From positions 310,001 through 374,000 of the forward strand of contig NIVC01000284.1 in assembly GCA_002269645.1 (NCBI GenBank): 64,000 nt of DNA. The letters run 5' to 3'. The notes beneath the pieces are model-generated. The model made no database searches. It saw nothing but the letters and a program-made list of their open reading frames with translations, and was not told where the DNA came from. Shown in pieces: positions 11,690-22,700 of the stretch; the first letter of the stretch is position 1; each line of letters starts with the position of its first letter. The position numbers were made by a program, and so were the translations under genes. The DNA comes from Macrostomum lignano. Taxonomy: Eukaryota.

Positions 11690-11954
11690 GGATTTAAAGC
11701 AGATTTTCAAAGCAGGCGTACATAGGAACATCGGGAAAACTGGAACTTGTTGCACTACTCAGTTACAAGAAGGTTGTCGTCGGATTTAACTTTAGTTTGC
11801 TCAAGAGCTCCCGGAGGGCCCTGGCAAATAATTCTAGCATTGCGAGATGAATAATGGGCAAAACAAACACACGAAAACTGGTGTGCTGGTGACTAACAAG
11901 CGACAGTCCGTATGATGTCGGTGACCTGACTGCTGTTGCAACGGTAGCTTGCAT
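11690..11954 (-). pseudogene. Decayed 5' fragment of an eighth DEG/ENaC copy
   Basis: MQATVATAVRSPTSYGLSLV (HG motif decayed to YG), a TM1-like stretch, KLKLNPTTT, a stop, then TTCCAGTTTTCCCGATGT...TACGCCTGCTTTGAAAAT (the FQFPDV-YACFEN motif, frameshifted). No downstream channel sequence follows. Confidence 0.75.
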
Positions 11955-12927
11955 TTGGCAACATGTAAAATTAAAGTATGAACTATCTATTGAGTGTTTA
12001 TGCAGCTCGGATATGATTCCTGTGAACCCTCATCCCTTAAGCACATTTATAAATGTAACAATGAACACTTTTATAAAAGGTCGTCACAAGCTGTACGAGC
12101 TAGTTGACAAAATAATGTCCAATGAGCCAATGAGTCGACAGGTTAATTTGAAAACATGGACATCGTCTTTGTCGTTATGGTCGTTGTTATATTATATTAT
12201 CGTCGTCAACAACATGTAGAAAGCATCTTAATTGTTAATCATTTGTATGCTACTGAGGAACTTGCAATGTACGAGTGAATCAAACTGTTTTCTAAAAATA
12301 GTCTTTTATCGAAATTGCTTTAGCATGTAGAAATGAAATACCAGAATTACAGGGTGCAGAATAAATTTACTGTATCAGAAAAGCATTCTAAGAAAATTGA
12401 TACTGTTGCTTAGTGTAGGCTACAGCAATAGTTAATTATAGCAAGGCCTAAATGAAGAGTAATCGTTGCATAAAGGAAATAACGAGACAAAAGTGTGCGA
12501 AGTCGCTGGGATGCAAATTAAGGAATCGAACAATCTAGTAGAGTTCGCATTTAGGACACAAAATAACCCAGACTTCAACAATACATATCGGTGCCCAAGG
12601 AAGTGCTTACATGCAAGTAAAAACTGGGGATACTTCATGTAAAGTGACTTGACGCCTAATTCCCATGAAAAGTTAGGAACAAGCCGTGATGATTAGAGCG
12701 ACGTATCCACGGCTGAATAAGTTTGCACGTTTGAATTAATGAAATTAAAGGGCACTCCAACAGACTCGTTCGAACCACTGGTTACATTTTCTGAACAAAC
12801 GCTTTGAATTTAGTTTTCGTAAAAATTAATTCCTGCGCACACGAATCTTGATTATAAGAGAATTATTGACGCATTGATTTTCAGAGGTAATTGATTAATT
12901 AAAAGCAGAGTCTCTTCAATTGACATT

Positions 12928-14568
12928 TCAATGCAGTGTTTTGACTGACATCTCGGACGAAGCTGCCACCGAAGTGGAACTCTTTGCTTTGCGCTGTGAG
13001 TTGCAATAGCTAATCAGATCGTAGATTAGTTCGAAAACCTCGCACAGAGTCAGAATCGACATTCCCAAGTAGATGCCCATGATTCCGCCAACGTCCGATA
13101 TGAAGTTGGACACTCCGTAGTCTCTAGAAAAGCTGACCTTGTCGCATTGCAGACTCTTCGGCTTGAAAAACACTTTAAGAAGATTCTTTTTCAGGTAAGT
13201 GAGCACGTCAACGTCACTACCGTTGAATAAAAAGTCAAGCACTGGCACGTCCAGGTGAAACATCTTTGCTTGGAGCCACACGGCTCCTACTGTGCTGTTG
13301 ACGAATCCAGTGAGCGATCCTTGTGTTGGCCAGTCGGAGCTGGATATTCTCACGCTGTATTCAATAGTGCTACAGGGTCGCTTGGACTCGCAAGCTTTTG
13401 TTGCATGCTGTTGAACATCGTCAATATTATTTATTAACTCTGAGTTCGGGTAAATATCAAGAACATTCGGCGTTGAAGTGACATTGAACATGTAATCTTT
13501 GTGTCTCAGTTCCCAAGGCATCGGGGTCTTATCCCCGGACATGTTCAGCGCTCTCTGGTAGAGACTTTGGTACTCATAGTAGAAACAGAATGAGTAGCTG
13601 TAAGAATGATTGTACGGCGTCCGGTGGTACGGATTCAAGAACTGCACATCCGGCATCGGGCTCAGGCAGTCGAACTGGCCAGCCTTGTACTCCTGCTGCT
13701 TCATGTCAATCTCCACGGTGTGATACTTTCCCGGGCCGAGTGAAAATGAGGTCACAAAGTCGGTCGGGTACTCGCCGGGAGGTGCCAAGTAGATTCGAAG
13801 TCCCGATGCTCGGTCCGGGGCTAAGAGATCGCCGGACGAGAGGCTCCAGTCGGAGACCGGTATTGCAGACTCCATCGTATACACTGCGTCTCTGATGGGC
13901 GCTCCGTTCGCCGGTATATATGAGGAGTTTTCATCGAGTAGAACTTTGAGTAGCAGTCCGGAATTGGCTCCGCTTCTTCCTAAAAGCTCGGCTTCGGCGC
14001 CACTGAGTACGAATTTGGCGCATCCCAGGTGGATCGGGTGATAGAATATACTGCTATTCAACTTACGGTAGTGCGGCATTCCAGCCGAGTCTTTGTAAAC
14101 TATGCCGCCGACTAAAATGCTCTGCTCATGCCTTTTTCCTAAAGTATCCACCAGCAGTTGATACGGTAAAGAGTGAGGCTGAACAAACGAAAAGCCTCTA
14201 ATGAACAAATCTTGGTTACCGTATCCAAAGCTGTATGCTGACAGTATATCAAAGGTCCGATTGATTCGGTTGTTAATTTCGGCAGCTGAATGTGGATGGA
14301 GATTAGCGGCATAGCTGCCCGAGATCGGATTTTCAAAGCAGACGTACACGTCAGGAAACTGGAAGCTGGCGCCGTTCACTTCCAGCGAGTTTGTTGCCGG
14401 ATTGGATCGAAGCTTCCCAACAAACTCGACGAAACCGCGGAGAAACAGCGCCATGGTGACGCAGAACAGCAGTAGCCAGGCGACTCTCACGTACAGGGGC
14501 TTGCCGGTGACAAGGCGCGACAGGCCGTGAGCCGTAGTGGTCTCGAGAGCAGCTCTCAGGTGATGCAT
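12928..14568 (-). CDS. DEG/ENaC family channel subunit, copy 5 (546 aa, single-exon CDS)
   Basis: TTAHGLSRL, TM1, FQFPDVYVCFENPISGSY, SDVGGIMGIYLGMSILTLCE. The ORF is uninterrupted. Confidence 0.93.
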   Translation of the reverse strand: MHHLRAALETTTAHGLSRLVTGKPLYVRVAWLLLFCVTMALFLRGFVEFVGKLRSNPATNSLEVNGASFQFPDVYVCFENPISGSYAANLHPHSAAEINNRINRTFDILSAYSFGYGNQDLFIRGFSFVQPHSLPYQLLVDTLGKRHEQSILVGGIVYKDSAGMPHYRKLNSSIFYHPIHLGCAKFVLSGAEAELLGRSGANSGLLLKVLLDENSSYIPANGAPIRDAVYTMESAIPVSDWSLSSGDLLAPDRASGLRIYLAPPGEYPTDFVTSFSLGPGKYHTVEIDMKQQEYKAGQFDCLSPMPDVQFLNPYHRTPYNHSYSYSFCFYYEYQSLYQRALNMSGDKTPMPWELRHKDYMFNVTSTPNVLDIYPNSELINNIDDVQQHATKACESKRPCSTIEYSVRISSSDWPTQGSLTGFVNSTVGAVWLQAKMFHLDVPVLDFLFNGSDVDVLTYLKKNLLKVFFKPKSLQCDKVSFSRDYGVSNFISDVGGIMGIYLGMSILTLCEVFELIYDLISYCNSQRKAKSSTSVAASSEMSVKTLH

Positions 14569-15189
14569 GCCTTCTGTTCTGGGTCTTTAGCGACAAGGTG
14601 GCTCAAGGTATGCCTGACTCAAATATATTAGCAGATGAACTGGCTTGCTTTGTACTCGTATCTTTCTGCGAGGCTGATGTGAGTAACTTGCTTAATTAGA
14701 GTTAGTAATCAATCGACCAATGCCACTCGGTGCCAAATTAGGAACGCCAATTCCCCTCTTCACTTAATCCCAGCATTGTCTCCATCTCTCAGTTATTGTC
14801 GGAAGCGTCTATTGTTTGCCTAATCGTTGCTTAGCAACATAACTGCCGTATGTCACAGGACTATGGGTTGAAAAGGACGCGATAAACCTTTATTGCACTG
14901 GCCACTGTTCGTGAGTGGTAGAAAACACGAACGAAATTTCCCATTTATGTTAGGAGGCAAATAATAACAAAACTTTGACTTATGTTACAGAAATACAATT
15001 CTATACGAGTGACTTTTAATGATTAGCAAGTTTTGTCTTTATAATTACTCTTACGTAATTTTACCTGTGAAATATTAAAATATGAATGATGAAATCCGGC
15101 ATATGATCAATATAGTGACGACATTCGTTTTGAAAATACTTGAAAATACAAATATTGTATTTTATTGCCTCGTGACATTATTGCCCTAC

Positions 15190-16804
15190 TCAGTTTTCAA
15201 CTTGTTGCTGCGACTTCTTCGACTTGTAGATAGCGACAATATTGTAAATTAGTTCGAATAGTTCGCACAAGGTGAGCAGCGACATGCCCAGGTAGATTCC
15301 CATAGTGCCGCCAATTTCTGCAACAAAGTTCTCCAGTCCATAGTCCCTTGAGAACACAATTTTATCGCTTAGCGTTTGCGACGGTTTAAAGTGCACTTTA
15401 AGCAGGTTCTTGCGAACATACAATGACACAACCGAATCGTTTCCAGTCATTAGAAAGTCCAGAGCAGGCACGCTGAGGTTCCTGGCGTTGGCTTGAGTCC
15501 AGGCCTCCCTGACCGTGCTGTTGATGAAGGAGAAGATGGAGCTGTCTATGGGCCAGTCAGCGCTGGAGACACTCGAGCGGTACTGAAGGCTGCTGCACGG
15601 CCGATCCAACTGGCAGTTTTCCTCGACATTAGCAATGGCGTCTTCTATAGTCGAATAGTCAGAATGGTTCAACTTCAGACTGGCAAAGTTTGGCTCTCCA
15701 GTCAGGTTAAAGACATATTTTTTACCCGAAGAGGCCATGGCAAAGGTCCTATATCGCCCGAGAGATTATACAATCTTTGAATGATTTCATGATATGACTT
15801 GTAGAAGCAGTAGGAATAGCTGTAGGTGTGATTGTACGGAGTGTCATCGTACGGATTCACAAACTGCACTGCGGGACTGTCACCGCGACACGAGAACTGG
15901 CCAGCTGTGTACTCCTGCTGCAGCATCTCGATTTCGACTGTGTGGTGCTTTCCCGGACCCAGGACGAACGAGCTCACGAACTCGGACGGGTATTCGCCTT
16001 GCGGTGCGAGGAATACTCGAATTCCGGCGCTCCTGTCGGCCTCGAAGTAGTCGCGCAGCGAAAGAGACCACTCCCAGACTGAGAGCAAGCTGTAGTTTGA
16101 GTACACCATGCGCTGAATTGGTGCGCCATTGGATTCGATCTCCGATGCGCTCGAGTCGATGAGCAGCGTTGCAGTGATGCCGGCCCACGAGCCGGACTTC
16201 AACACAGCAGTCTGAAATTCTTTGTCCAGGGTCCACTTGAAGCACCGAAGGTAAATCGGGTGAAAGAAGCTGGTCGCTTCAATATGTTCGTAGTGGGGAG
16301 TGCCACGTTTTTCCCTGTACAGGACACCACTTGAGATGACAGATTGCTCGGCCCTGTGGGCCAGCGCGTCGACCATAAGCGAGTATGGTAGAGAGAATAC
16401 ATAGAAGAATGTATTTGGCGGCATGGTTTTGCTTTCGTCTGTCTCGTTTAGATATTTTTTGCTAAGTATTCCCGTATGGATGGCGTTGTGGAGTTCATTA
16501 TTGAATTAATCGCATTTGCAGCAATCCTGTCCACATTGACTGCGTAGCTGGCAGAGAAAGGAGTCTCGTGACAGGCGTAAATATCGGGAAACTGGAACAC
16601 CACTTTGTTCGCTTCCAAAGTGCTAGTTTGCGGATTTGCAGCAAACTTTATTGAAAACAGAAACAATCCTCGCAAAAAGCAGCCGGCCATGAGAAGAAAT
16701 AAAGCCACCCATATTAGACGGATGAGCAGCGGTTTACTGCTCACGGTTCTCGGTAGACCGTGAGCCGAGGTCGATTCTAAGGCCGCCTTTACTTGCTGCT
16801 TCAT
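15190..16804 (-). CDS. DEG/ENaC family channel subunit, copy 6; split by two 1-nt homopolymer contractions (T6 at 16455-16460, C3 at 15725-15727)
   Basis: ORFs 16448-16804, 15702-16424 and 15190-15738 are consecutive parts of one channel. Adding one base at each run gives ...LAKKYLNETDESKTMPP... and ...WPLRGKKYVFNLTG... Confidence 0.87.
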
Positions 16805-17507
16805 TTTGTTCGGTAATATTGCGAGCCTAGGAGGATAAAGCGTCTGGCTAACTTGTGTGTTGGACAGTTAATTGGTTATATACTCAAATACGCTGGTTGA
16901 TATCGATTGGTTGCGTATCGGGAAGTTGACAGACTTAGTAATCAAACTAGACAGACTGCTGCAGTGGGAATGTACATGTATTGCTGAACCATTGCGCAAA
17001 TCATAGACTCATATTGGTTTTGTGTGAGCTCACACCGTTTGCATAGGCTTTATCTACGCGCTCATAAGTCAACTTGCTTTCGCAAGCAGGCGGACGAGCG
17101 TATAGTAATTAATCACGTAGCAATTTTTAACTGTAGATTTGTTTTACTGCAAAATTCTATAACGAGATAGAAATTGTATTGTTTTGCCCTATCTCCTTTA
17201 GAATTTTGATCTGAAAATGAAGCAAGTATCTAGCTACGAGTATGTAATCTTTTTATGTCTGATAATTTATAGAATTCGTATACATGTATTCAATGGTAAA
17301 TATTCGATAGACTCAATTAAATGTTATGCACAAGAGCTTAGTCATGACTGCATGATCTGCATAAATATGAAAATGTAGCTATGAGATTATCAATGCAAAT
17401 AGTAAAACCAAGGAACACCACGGATTCGAAAGATAAATTCACAGTCCGATTTCAATTTTTTTTTTCAATTAGTGTTTGCTTGAGAAATAGTAGAACATGC
17501 CTGTAAT

Positions 17508-19175
17508 TCACTGACTGCTTTCCACGAAAGTCGGCTCTTTACACATTGTTTTGTCAGGTTCAACCGTCTTCGGTCGTCTCTGAGTGTTCCAAGCCGTGAT
17601 CAAGTCGTAGAAAAGCTCTATCAGCTCGCACAGTGTGAGCAGCGACATGCCCAAATAGATGCCCATGATTCCACCAACGTCCGAGATGAAGTTAGAAATA
17701 CCGTAGTCCTTGGAGAATGTCACTTTGTCGGACAAAGCGCTGCGCGGCTTAAAATTCACCTTTAGCATGTTTTGACGCACGTAGCTGGTCACACTAGAAC
17801 TGTTCCCAGTCAATAGGAAGTCAAGCGCTGGCACGCTTTGGTTTTTGGATTTGGCCCGCAACCAGGCCTGTCTGACCGTGCTTTGGATGAAAGGCATCAG
17901 AGAGCTCTGACTAGGCCAATCGGAACTTGAGATGCTCACCTTGTAGTCCCGGGTAGTGCAGGGCCGCTGTGACCCACATTTATCTTGTGCAACTTCGTAA
18001 GCATCTTCAACAGCGCTAAAGTCGGACAGCGGATCGAGGCTCATTGCTAAAAAGTTTGGCTCGCCAGTCACATTAAGCAGATACTTCTTCCCAACCAATG
18101 GCCAGGGCAGAGGACTAACGTCTCCAGATAGATTGAAGAGCGCTTGGAACTGTTTATGGTACTCGTAGTAGTAGCAATAGGAAAAGCTGTAGATGTGATT
18201 GTAAGGAGTCTGGTCGTATGGGTTCACGAACTGGACCGCGGGGGTCTCCGCGCGACAGTTGAACTGACCCGCCTTGTACTCTTGCTGAGTCATGCTAATT
18301 TCAACTTTGTGATGCATACCAGGGCTCAGCGAGAACGAGTTCACAAAGTCGGACGGGTACTCTCCTGGAGGGGTCAGGAACACTCGAACGCCGGAAGTTC
18401 GGTCGGGTCCGAAAAAGTCGTTCGACAGCATGGTCCAGTCCGAAACAGGTAGAGCAGCTTCTTCACCAACGGTGTAAACCATCGGAAGAATTTTCGTGCC
18501 TCCAGAAGTCACCTCAGTGGAGTTCCCGTCAATTAAAAGTGTCACAGCGAGTCCAGTTGATAAACCACTTTTGGCCAACTTTTTCTGCGTAGCTCTATCC
18601 AACGACCACTTGAAGCACTGGAGGTAAAGCGGATGATAGAACACCGTGGCATGGACGTTAGTGTAGTCCGGAGAGCCGCCGCTCTCCATGAAGACAATTC
18701 CACTGCTCAGAACTCCCTGTTCGATTCTGTGGCTTAGCGAGTCAACCAGTAGTTTAAAAGGCAGCGACTGCGGATAAAAGAAGCTCAACTCGCGCTCTTT
18801 CGCCAACATTTCTGTGCTAGATAAGTTTCTCTGCATTAAAAACGACTTCAAAACGCTACTGGCATTGAGCAGCTTGTCGTTGATTAACTGAGCCGATTTC
18901 GAGTCAACGTTCGACGCATAGCTTCCAGACAGAGCGTTCTCGTAGCAGGCGTAGACATCGGGAAACTGGAATGGCAGCGAATTCGCTTCGAAGGACGTGG
19001 TCACCTGATGAGATTGCAGCTTGTTGATGAACTCAATAAAGCCTTTAAGAAACAGGGAAAGCATGAACAGGAACAGGAGCAGCCACAGGATGCGGATATA
19101 GATCGGCTTGTTTGACGCTACTCTGGGCAAGCCATGAAGTGATGTTGCCTCCAGAGCATTTTTTACTTGCTCCAT
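17508..19175 (-). CDS. DEG/ENaC family channel subunit, copy 7 (likely start MEQVKNAL at 19175)
   Basis: TSLHGLPRV, TM1, FQFPDVYACYEN, SDVGGIMGIYLGMSLLTLCE. The ORF track extends to 19214. Confidence 0.93.
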   Translation of the reverse strand: MEQVKNALEATSLHGLPRVASNKPIYIRILWLLLFLFMLSLFLKGFIEFINKLQSHQVTTSFEANSLPFQFPDVYACYENALSGSYASNVDSKSAQLINDKLLNASSVLKSFLMQRNLSSTEMLAKERELSFFYPQSLPFKLLVDSLSHRIEQGVLSSGIVFMESGGSPDYTNVHATVFYHPLYLQCFKWSLDRATQKKLAKSGLSTGLAVTLLIDGNSTEVTSGGTKILPMVYTVGEEAALPVSDWTMLSNDFFGPDRTSGVRVFLTPPGEYPSDFVNSFSLSPGMHHKVEISMTQQEYKAGQFNCRAETPAVQFVNPYDQTPYNHIYSFSYCYYYEYHKQFQALFNLSGDVSPLPWPLVGKKYLLNVTGEPNFLAMSLDPLSDFSAVEDAYEVAQDKCGSQRPCTTRDYKVSISSSDWPSQSSLMPFIQSTVRQAWLRAKSKNQSVPALDFLLTGNSSSVTSYVRQNMLKVNFKPRSALSDKVTFSKDYGISNFISDVGGIMGIYLGMSLLTLCELIELFYDLITAWNTQRRPKTVEPDKTMCKEPTFVESSQ

Positions 19176-19701
19176 GATATCCGCTCTGGTTTCCTCTAAG
19201 ATTCTCAGAGCCATATATGTGCCCCGTCAGCCAAGTAGAGATTTTCTTTTATCAACTCTGGATTTTTTGTACATTAACACTCGATCCACCTGAGACCACA
19301 CACACTAAAGACAAAAGCTCCCGCGCTCTGTTTGCTCAGCTCTTATTGCTACTGTGGAAAAGATCCTTCTTCAAAGAACACCGTTCGTTCATTGCCATTG
19401 TTTGCATATAGAGACTATTGAAATATATCCTCTTCTACGAGCAAACTTAACCCTTTTTAAAAGGAGGCTACAGAAGACTAATGTTTTATTTTGATTAGTT
19501 GGAAATTTAAGCAGAATCAAGTAGAATGAATAAGAGACAATTTCGCTTGAAAGATAAGCCGAAAATTTAATTTGGCACAACTTTATTTACATGCAACCTC
19601 ATTGTGACCTCAGAAAAGAAGAATTTCAGTTTTTTATGCCAGAAGCAACTAAAAAGGTAGCACTTGTTAAAGACAATCAGCATAAAATCTTGCATACAGT
19701 T

Positions 19702-22700
19702 TTAAGATTGATGCGCGCTTCGCGTTGCGATATCTTCGTCTTGTACATGTTGCTTAATGATGCTTAATTGTTGCAGAGCCATTGCCTGGTCCAAAGGCAT
19801 CGTGTACAGGACCGCCTGCTCCACAGTCAGTGAGTTGGCCAACCAGCTTAGCGCATTCGATAATCGACCAACAGAACCAGACGGTAAGCAGAACTGCAGC
19901 CAGCAATGGGTCTCCTCTAGAAGCAATGCGCCTTTAAAATGAGTCAGTATGGCACTAGTAACTTTCAAATATAGTTCCTCGATCCTGAAGCCAACACTTG
20001 AAGGATTGGTGTCCAATGTGATGTCGAGAACGAACCAATTGCCGTAACTGGGTAAAAAAGTACGTTTTGCATTTGTTTTATCAGTGTTGCGTAATTTTGA
20101 TTGACAGAGGTTTCTGCATGATGGTAAGCTTATTTCTTAAAACAAACTTTGCTAACTTATCATTAGACTATTAAATAAAACGATTATTACGAGCATAATT
20201 GATAACCATTTTTTAGGCTTACGATTTTGAATGAATGTATATATCTCAGTCATTGTTTGTTTTACTTGGAAAAAAATTTGATGCATCGATTTCAAACTTT
20301 TAGAACCTCTCTATCAGGGCGCTTTAGTAAGAGAAAATTGAAAAATACTGTAGCAAGTTGTCTTACATGCTTCTTAGCTGACTACGCGTTCCCATGGCAA
20401 CGATTCGCCCGCGATGCAGCACGCCGAACACTTCGCTGGCGGGCTTGGAAATTTCTCCATCGTTTGATCCTCGGACCGAACCCACCTCGCCGCTGGCCGC
20501 GTCATCCTTTTCCTCCTCTCCATCGCTGTCGTTAGTTTGAAACTCGTTAGAATCTCCGTCAGAGCTGCTGAAGTGAGTAAAGGTCTGCTTGACAGACTCC
20601 GCTGTAGCTACAATTGTCAGACTAGTTCGAGTGTCTGAATAATTCGAGACAGATTTCACTGCATGCTTGCGCAGATAAGCCCGAGCGTTGCCGAGGAAGT
20701 CGTTATCAATTACCAGCAACAAAGGCTTGGATAATAGAGAGGCTGCCAAGCAAACCAAGCTGCGAGTTCGACGGTCCAGTCCGCCAATGCGCAGCTGCTG
20801 GTATTCTATCAGGCCCAGATTCAACAGCAGTTCTCGAATCCGCTTTCCCGCAATACAGGACTTGAGGCCGCGGAGTTGAGCATAGAAAAACAGATGCTCT
20901 TGTACGGTGAGCCACTTGAACAGCGGACTGTACTGCGGGCAGTAGCCGATGGCGCCGCAGCTCGGCCGATGCCTCCAAGGCTGGGCACCGAACTTGCACA
21001 GGCTGCCGTCGCAGAACACGCGACATTCGCCAGACGTTGGCATCACTTCGCCAGCAGCAATGGCGGCAGTTATTGACTTGCCGGAGCCGCCAGGGCCGAC
21101 CAGACTGAAGCTTTGGCCCTCCGCCAGACGAAATCCGATTCCTTTAACAAGCGGGAAGCCGCTGACCGGACAAGTTTTCCACAGGCTGCGCACGTCCAGA
21201 ATGCAGTGGTGACTTGACGATGCAGCGGGCCCGAGCCTAGAGGACATTGGCTGCATCTCCCTGTTGGTTTCTCGCTTGCGACCGAACAAGCCTTTACCAA
21301 CGCAATCCAAATGCTGGCCAAGGCACCGATGTACATCGCAAACTGAACAGGCTAATAGCAAGCTCAATATGATTACATGAGTTGGCATAGCGATTAGAGA
21401 GTTAATGACTAAAGCATAATTCCACAGTCCTTCCTGCATGTCCCATAGTCGATACAGGATCAGTTCGCCAGCATCATGCTCGTGCGTGATAGTCTGACCA
21501 GCCAGATTCATTCCGAATAGAATGAGTGACAATGGGGCCGCCTGAGGAACCAACCAGTTTAGTGCTAGAACAGGAATATTTCCTAGCTTCGACACTCCAT
21601 TCAAGGTCCATGGTGTTATTATGACCAGTACAAAGTAAGCAAACTTCATAGTGTTGCTTTGCCTACCTGTTAGCGCTACTGTTGTGTACACGGAGAGCAA
21701 GTTGGATGACGTCCCGAATATTAATACTGGCACAAAGATGCAGGACAGGTAGTATTGATTGCGAAATCGGTCCCACGTGTTTTGTGCCAATGTCAACAGC
21801 AAAAAATAGACTCCGTATTGCAGCCAATGAATTACAAAGGTGCAAAGCCAATAGCCCAGTCGGCTCATTCCCAATGAGGTGAGATATCGATAAACATTCG
21901 AGTCCATGTCGTCAGCCACCTGGTTAAAAAACGAGGCTGGAAATACAGAAAAAGCGGTTAGAAGAAAAATAAGACCACTGCACTTGGCTAAGAATCCGCC
22001 AGGCAAGTACTGCGTCTGCTGCGCAAGCTTCAAATCGCTGAGATCCAACTGAGCATCAAAATGCTTGAAAACCTTAGCAACTGCTGTGCGATACAAGTGT
22101 ACATGGCTACTCTTAGCCGGTGCGCTGTCGGCAGCCAGCAAGCCGTCTAGCACAGCAATCGTGACCGTTCTGTTGCCGTTGTCACTGGAGACACGATTCC
22201 ATGGCTGACAATAAATTACTAAACAGCTTTGAAGACAAGAGTCGTTCAGTTTGAAATTTGGGCTTTGAACTAGCAGAAATTCCAGCAGATTTAATTGACC
22301 AGATTTTCTAAGAACTATCGAGTTTGAACCTGAACAGTCTTGATATTTTAAAGCTGCCTCCTGTTCACCTTCCAGTTCGTCAACCACGCAGATGTTCGGC
22401 ACAAGTGCTTCCTCCATTGGATTAGACATTTTCGCGGACAAATTAACTGTAGTCGGAACTTTTCTTGATTTTATTAAATAATCTGGTGCTGAAGTTCGAT
22501 ACAATGCCCTCTCATAGGCTGTCGCTAATAGCAAGGAGATTAACAGCAAAATAGGCACCACTAGGCGAGTGACGAAATCACACCGGCTTCGGACTAGGCG
22601 CTTAGCGTGGACACTGCCGAGAGTGCAAATCCGAGTGAATGGCGAAACATGCAGGCGCTCTCGATTAATTTTCACTTTCTCATTGTCTCGATGGTTTCTT

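Noticed and set aside
1250-17720. Possible constitutively open 'degenerin' substitution in the channels
   Set aside because: The residue before the TM2 D/E-x-GG is Ser or Ala in all seven copies, that is, small and wild-type-like.
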